A DNA stretch of 61,648 nt from Burkholderiales bacterium (lineage in GTDB: Bacteria > Pseudomonadota > Gammaproteobacteria > Burkholderiales > SG8-41): the NCBI GenBank assembly GCA_050741255.1, contig JBOIEQ010000004.1, forward strand, positions 1 through 61,648. The letters run 5' to 3'. Within the stretch, counting starts at the first letter, position 1, and each line of letters opens with the position of its first letter. Below, piece after piece: positions 57,819-61,648 of this stretch. A program made the position numbers and the translations under genes. The notes under the pieces are model-generated. The model was not told the DNA's origin and did not search any database. It was given only the letters and a program-made list of their open reading frames with translations.

Positions 57819-58124
57819 CTACCAGCTGGCCTTGATGATGCCCGGGATCTCGCCGCGCATCGCGATCTCGCGGATCTTGGCGCGCGCGAGACCGAACTTG
57901 CGGAAGGTTCCGCGGGGCCGCCCGGTCAGCGCGCAACGGTTGCGCAACCGCACCGGCGACGCATCGCGCGGCAGCTTCTGCAGTTTCTGGCGCGCTTCGT
58001 AGCGGTCTTCCTGGGCGAGTTTCTGGTTGTTGACGATCGCAAGAAGCTCTTTGCGCTTGGCGGCGTACTTCTTCACCGTAGCACGGCGCTTTTCGTCACG
58101 ATTAGTCAGGGCAAGCTTGGCCAT
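57819..58124 (-). CDS. rpsN: 30S ribosomal protein S14
   Basis: [24 protein letters not shown]...[34 protein letters not shown]. Confidence 0.97.
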   Translation of the reverse strand: MAKLALTNRDEKRRATVKKYAAKRKELLAIVNNQKLAQEDRYEARQKLQKLPRDASPVRLRNRCALTGRPRGTFRKFGLARAKIREIAMRGEIPGIIKASW

Positions 58125-58129
58125 GGGGG

Positions 58130-58669
58130 CTAATTCCTGAACGGGAATTTGAAGGCCGCGAGCAACGCACGGGCTTCAGCGTCGCTCTTGGCGTTGGTGG
58201 TGATAGTGATGTTCATGCCGCGCAATGCGTCGATCTTGTCGTACTCGATCTCGGGGAAAATAATCTGTTCCTTCACCCCGAAATTGAAATTGCCGCGGCC
58301 GTCGAACGACTTGCCTGAAATCCCGCGGAAGTCACGGATGCGCGGGATGGCGATCGTGACCAGGCGGTCGAGAAACTCGTACATCCGCAGGCCGCGCAAC
58401 GTCACCTTGCAGCCGATCGGCATGCCCTCGCGCAGCTTGAACGAGGCATTGGCCTTGCGCGACTTGGTCACCAGCGGCTTCTGCCCGGCGATCTTCTGCA
58501 TGTCGGCCACGGCGTTGTCCATGACTTTTTTGTCGGCAACCGCCTCGCCTACGCCCATGTTGAGCGTGATCTTCTCGATCCGCGGCACCTGGAGGAGCGA
58601 CTGGTAGCCGAACTCCTTCATCAGGTTCTTGACCACGTTGTCGCGGTAATGTGTTTGCATGCGCGCCAT
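58130..58669 (-). CDS. rplE: 50S ribosomal protein L5
   Basis: Trimmed to ATG 58669: [43 protein letters not shown]... Confidence 0.97.
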   Translation of the reverse strand: MARMQTHYRDNVVKNLMKEFGYQSLLQVPRIEKITLNMGVGEAVADKKVMDNAVADMQKIAGQKPLVTKSRKANASFKLREGMPIGCKVTLRGLRMYEFLDRLVTIAIPRIRDFRGISGKSFDGRGNFNFGVKEQIIFPEIEYDKIDALRGMNITITTNAKSDAEARALLAAFKFPFRN

Positions 58670-58718
58670 GATTGGGCCCTTGTTTCTTCCTTTGTCTTTT
58701 CTGTTGCCCGCGCCGCGA

Positions 58719-59036
58719 TCAGGCGCTGAGCACTTCGCCGTTTGACTTGTAGAAACGGACGCGCTTGCCGTCCTCGAGCACACGCACGCCCAGACGATCA
58801 GCCTTCTTCGTCTGCGGATTGAAAATCGCGATGTTCGAGACGTGCAGCGGCATTTCCTGGTCGACGATGCCGCCGGTGAGGCCTTTGGCGGGATTGGGGC
58901 GCTGGTGCTTCTTCACCTTGTTCGCGCCCTCCACCACCACATGCTCGGCGTCCACGATCCGCAGCACGGTGCCGCGCTTGCCCTTGTCCCTGCCGGTGGT
59001 GACGACGACGTCGTCGCCTTTGCGTATTTTGCGCAT
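58719..59036 (-). CDS. rplX: 50S ribosomal protein L24
   Basis: [27 protein letters not shown]... Confidence 0.97.
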   Translation of the reverse strand: MRKIRKGDDVVVTTGRDKGKRGTVLRIVDAEHVVVEGANKVKKHQRPNPAKGLTGGIVDQEMPLHVSNIAIFNPQTKKADRLGVRVLEDGKRVRFYKSNGEVLSA

Positions 59037-59046
59037 GCTTGGCTCC

Positions 59047-59415
59047 TTACAGCACTTCCGGTGCGAGCGACACGATCTTCATGAAACGCTCGGTGCGCAG
59101 CTCGCGCGTCACCGGTCCGAAGATGCGGGTGCCGATCGGTTCCAGCTTCGGGTTGAGCAGCACCGCGGCGTTGGTGTCGAACTTGATCATCGAGCCGTCG
59201 GCCCGACGCACGCCTTTGGCAGTGCGCACGACGACCGCGCTGTAGATCTCGCCCTTCTTGACGCGCCCGCGGGGCGCAGCGTCCTTGACGCTGACCTTGA
59301 TCACGTCGCCGATGCCGGCGTAGCGCCGCTTCGAGCCGCCCAGCACCTTGATGCACATGACGGCACGCGCACCGGTGTTGTCGGCGACTTCGAGGATCGA
59401 CTGCATCTGAATCAT
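59047..59415 (-). CDS. rplN: 50S ribosomal protein L14
   Basis: [46 protein letters not shown]... Confidence 0.98.
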   Translation of the reverse strand: MIQMQSILEVADNTGARAVMCIKVLGGSKRRYAGIGDVIKVSVKDAAPRGRVKKGEIYSAVVVRTAKGVRRADGSMIKFDTNAAVLLNPKLEPIGTRIFGPVTRELRTERFMKIVSLAPEVL

Positions 59416-59681
59416 GTGTGCACTCGCGCAAAATAAATACGTCCCGGCGCCGACACAACGACGGCACCGTTACTGCTTGTTCATGTCCTGCGGTTGACCT
59501 GCTCTTCCAACTTGTCCGCGCCACCCCTGAAATGCACGGTATGCATTCATGGGCTTGACTGCCGGCGCGACCAGTATTGGAACCCGTCCGGGTAGAAATA
59601 CCGACTGCAACTTAAACTCAAAAACTTCAACTACTTGGCGCAGGCCGGAGCGCTTCACGGCCGAGCGAAATTAAGCCTTGT

Positions 59682-59710
59682 ATTCTAACCGGAAATTCTC
59701 CGAAAAGGAA
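59682..59710 (-). promoter_or_regulatory. possible spc-operon promoter (TTCCTT-N17-TAGAAT)
   Basis: The minus strand reads ggacTTCCTTttcggagaatttccggtTAGAATac, just downstream of the rpsQ stop. The -35 element is weak. Confidence 0.3.
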
Positions 59711-59728
59711 GTCCGGCCAGGCGTCCGT

Positions 59729-60028
59729 TCAGACCGTTCGGGCCTTTTCCAGTAGCGCGGTGACCCGCCATGTCTTGGTCCGCGAGAGGGGGCGGCATTC
59801 CTGGATCGTGACAAGGTCGCCGATGTGGAATTCGCCCTTCTCGTCGTGCGCGTGGTACTTGCGCGAACGGGTGATCACCTTGCCGTACAGGGGATGGGTC
59901 ACCCGCCGTTCGACCATCACGGTGACGGTTTTCGTCATCTTGTCCGACACGACGCGCCCCGTCAGGGTGCGCGGATTGCTCTTGGCTTCGGCCGTCGCCG
60001 GCGCCGTCGTTGCAGTGGTTTCGCTCAT
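59729..60028 (-). CDS. rpsQ: 30S ribosomal protein S17 (with Ala/Thr-rich N-terminal extension)
   Basis: [50 protein letters not shown]... Its start overlaps the rpmC stop (ATGA). Confidence 0.95.
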   Translation of the reverse strand: MSETTATTAPATAEAKSNPRTLTGRVVSDKMTKTVTVMVERRVTHPLYGKVITRSRKYHAHDEKGEFHIGDLVTIQECRPLSRTKTWRVTALLEKARTV

Positions 60029-60219
60029 GCCTGCCGCACCCTCTCACGGATCACCGTGCGCACGCGGGCGATGTCCCGCCGCACCTTGCGCAACTGGCTG
60101 TTGTTGGACAGCTGCTGGGTCGCCTGCTGCATGCGCAGGCTGAACTGCGCTTTCAGCAGTTCTTCCAGTTCCTGACGGAGCTCGGCTTCCTGCTTGCCCC
60201 GCAATTCGATCGCTTTCAC
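60025..60219 (-). CDS. rpmC: 50S ribosomal protein L29
   Basis: [37 protein letters not shown]... Confidence 0.96.
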   Translation of the reverse strand: MKAIELRGKQEAELRQELEELLKAQFSLRMQQATQQLSNNSQLRKVRRDIARVRTVIRERVRQA

Positions 60220-60222
60220 GGT

Positions 60223-60639
60223 TTACCCTCCCACATGACGCTGCACGAACGTCGTCAGCAGCGGCAGTTTGGCCGCGGCGAGACGAAAGGCCTGGCGCGC
60301 CGTCACTTCGTCCACGCCGTCCATTTCGTACAGCACCGCGCCCGGCTTGATTTCCGCAACCCAGTATTCCGGGTTGCCCTTGCCCCCGCCCATGCGAACC
60401 TCGGCCGGTTTCTGCGAGATCGGCTTGTCGGGGAAAATGCGGATCCAGATGCGCCCGCCGCGCTTGATGTGGCGCGTCATGGCCCGCCGCGCAGCCTCGA
60501 TCTGGCGCGCGGTCAGGCGGCCGCGGACGATGGCCTTCAGGCCGTATTCGCCGAAGCTCACCTTGGCCCCGCGGGTCGCAACGCCCTTGTTGCGGCCCTT
60601 CTGTTCCTTGCGGTACTTCCTTCTAGCTGGCTGCAGCAT
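60223..60639 (-). CDS. rplP: 50S ribosomal protein L16
   Basis: [36 protein letters not shown]... Confidence 0.97.
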   Translation of the reverse strand: MLQPARRKYRKEQKGRNKGVATRGAKVSFGEYGLKAIVRGRLTARQIEAARRAMTRHIKRGGRIWIRIFPDKPISQKPAEVRMGGGKGNPEYWVAEIKPGAVLYEMDGVDEVTARQAFRLAAAKLPLLTTFVQRHVGG

Positions 60640-61399
60640 CTTTCTTCACTCCTGTGCGGCGGGTGCGCTTGGGTTTATCCGGCGCGGGGGCCGCAGGCGG
60701 CACGGGCGCGGCGGCGGGCGCCACATCGGCGGCTGGCAGCGCCGACGGCGCGGCGACCGGCTGCTCGTGGCGCTGCACGATTTCGCCCTTGAACACCCAC
60801 ACTTTGATACCGATGATGCCGTAGGTGGTCTTGGCTTCGGCCGTGCCGTAGTCGATGTCGGCGCGCAGCGTGTGAAGCGGCACGCGGCCTTCGCGATACC
60901 ACTCGGTACGTGCGATTTCGGCGCCGTTCAGGCGGCCGGCGCTCATGATCTTGATGCCCTGGGCGCCCAGCCGCATCGCGTTCTGGATCGCGCGCTTCAT
61001 GGCGCGGCGGAACATGATGCGCTTTTGCAGCTGCTGCGCGATCGAGTCGGCGATCAGTTGCGCGTCGACTTCCGGCTTGCGAATTTCCTCGATGTTGACG
61101 TGGACCGGTACGCCGAGGATGCGGTTGAGCTCCTTGCGCAGCGCTTCGATGTCCTCGCCCTTCTTGCCGATGACGACACCCGGGCGACCGCTGTGGATCG
61201 TGATCTTGGCGTTCTTGGCAGGACGCTCGATCACCACCTTGCCGACGGCGGCGTGGCCGAGCTTCTTTTTCAGGAACTCGCGGACCTTGATGTCTTCGAG
61301 CAGCATGCCGGGGAAGTTCTTGCTGTTCGCATACCAGCGCGAGGTCCAGTGGCGCTGGACGCCCAGACGGAACCCGGTCGGATGAATTTTCTGGCCCAT
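60623..61399 (-). CDS. rpsC: 30S ribosomal protein S3 (with Ala/Pro-rich C-terminal extension)
   Basis: [45 protein letters not shown]... The tail overlaps the rplP start by 17 nt. Confidence 0.97.
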   Translation of the reverse strand: MGQKIHPTGFRLGVQRHWTSRWYANSKNFPGMLLEDIKVREFLKKKLGHAAVGKVVIERPAKNAKITIHSGRPGVVIGKKGEDIEALRKELNRILGVPVHVNIEEIRKPEVDAQLIADSIAQQLQKRIMFRRAMKRAIQNAMRLGAQGIKIMSAGRLNGAEIARTEWYREGRVPLHTLRADIDYGTAEAKTTYGIIGIKVWVFKGEIVQRHEQPVAAPSALPAADVAPAAAPVPPAAPAPDKPKRTRRTGVKKDAAAS

Positions 61400-61401
61400 G
61401 G

Positions 61402-61648
61402 CTATTTCCTTCCGTCGCCGACGGTGACGTAGATGTGGCAGCTGTGCTTGAGAATCCGCACGCCGCGGCCCTTGGCGCGCGCCGCGAAGCGCTTGAGCAC
61501 CGGGCCCTTCTCCACGTGGATGCTCGTGATCTTCAGTTCGTCGATGTCGGCACCCTCGTTGTGCTCGGCATTCGCAATCGCCGACTCGAGTGCCTTGCGC
61601 ACGAGCTTGGCGCCCTTTTTCGGCGTGAAGCTGAGGATGTTCAGGGCC
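61402..61648 (-). CDS. rplV: 50S ribosomal protein L22 (5' end outside the window)
   Basis: C-terminal part: ...[63 protein letters not shown]. The reading frame stays open to the window edge. Confidence 0.93.
   Translation of the reverse strand, partial: ALNILSFTPKKGAKLVRKALESAIANAEHNEGADIDELKITSIHVEKGPVLKRFAARAKGRGVRILKHSCHIYVTVGDGRK

Noticed and set aside
59470-59658. 62-aa minus-strand ORF inside the rpsQ-rplN spacer
   Set aside because: It has no RBS, an odd composition and no recognisable family. It is more likely non-coding leader sequence.

Overview
High-GC proteobacterial chromosome segment, most likely Burkholderiales-type. That placement is an inference from gene order, the many Bug/TctC binding proteins and the ribosomal protein sequences. 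Left end: ssb (partial) and an MFS transporter lie divergent from uvrA. Next comes a lower-GC GxxExxY (PD-(D/E)XK-like) gene bracketed by inverted arrays of 10-bp repeats. The middle (about 7-45 kb) is a patchwork of orphan organic-acid and acyl-CoA modules: three family III CoA-transferases, a crotonase, an acyl-CoA dehydrogenase, a LeuCD-like dehydratase, an ICL/PEP-mutase-family lyase, two MmgE/PrpD proteins, a split AtuA-like DUF1446+DUF4387 pair, a TauD dioxygenase and two IclR regulators. Nine Bug/TctC-family periplasmic binding proteins are interleaved with these, and no TctA/TctB membrane partner is present. At about 22.6-28.6 kb sits a compositionally atypical, visibly lower-GC island. 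It encodes an AGMO-like fatty-acid hydroxylase, a Delta9-type membrane desaturase, a thioester/fatty-acyl reductase translationally coupled to an alkyl-DHAP-synthase (AGPS)-like flavoenzyme, and its own PlsY. This is my best candidate for an undescribed system: an aerobic AGPS-route ether-lipid module. At 45.7-48.6 kb an ECF sigma/anti-sigma pair and a secreted beta-propeller-cupredoxin fusion are bracketed by 60-bp direct repeats derived from the 3' end of a neighbouring small gene. Their shared intergenic region carries twin divergent ECF-type promoter motifs. The right end (50.5-61.6 kb, minus strand) holds the distal S10, spc and alpha ribosomal-protein operons. I recognised no rRNA, tRNA, CRISPR array, transposase or integrase. 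Family assignments come from reading the translated ORFs by eye; no database search was possible.
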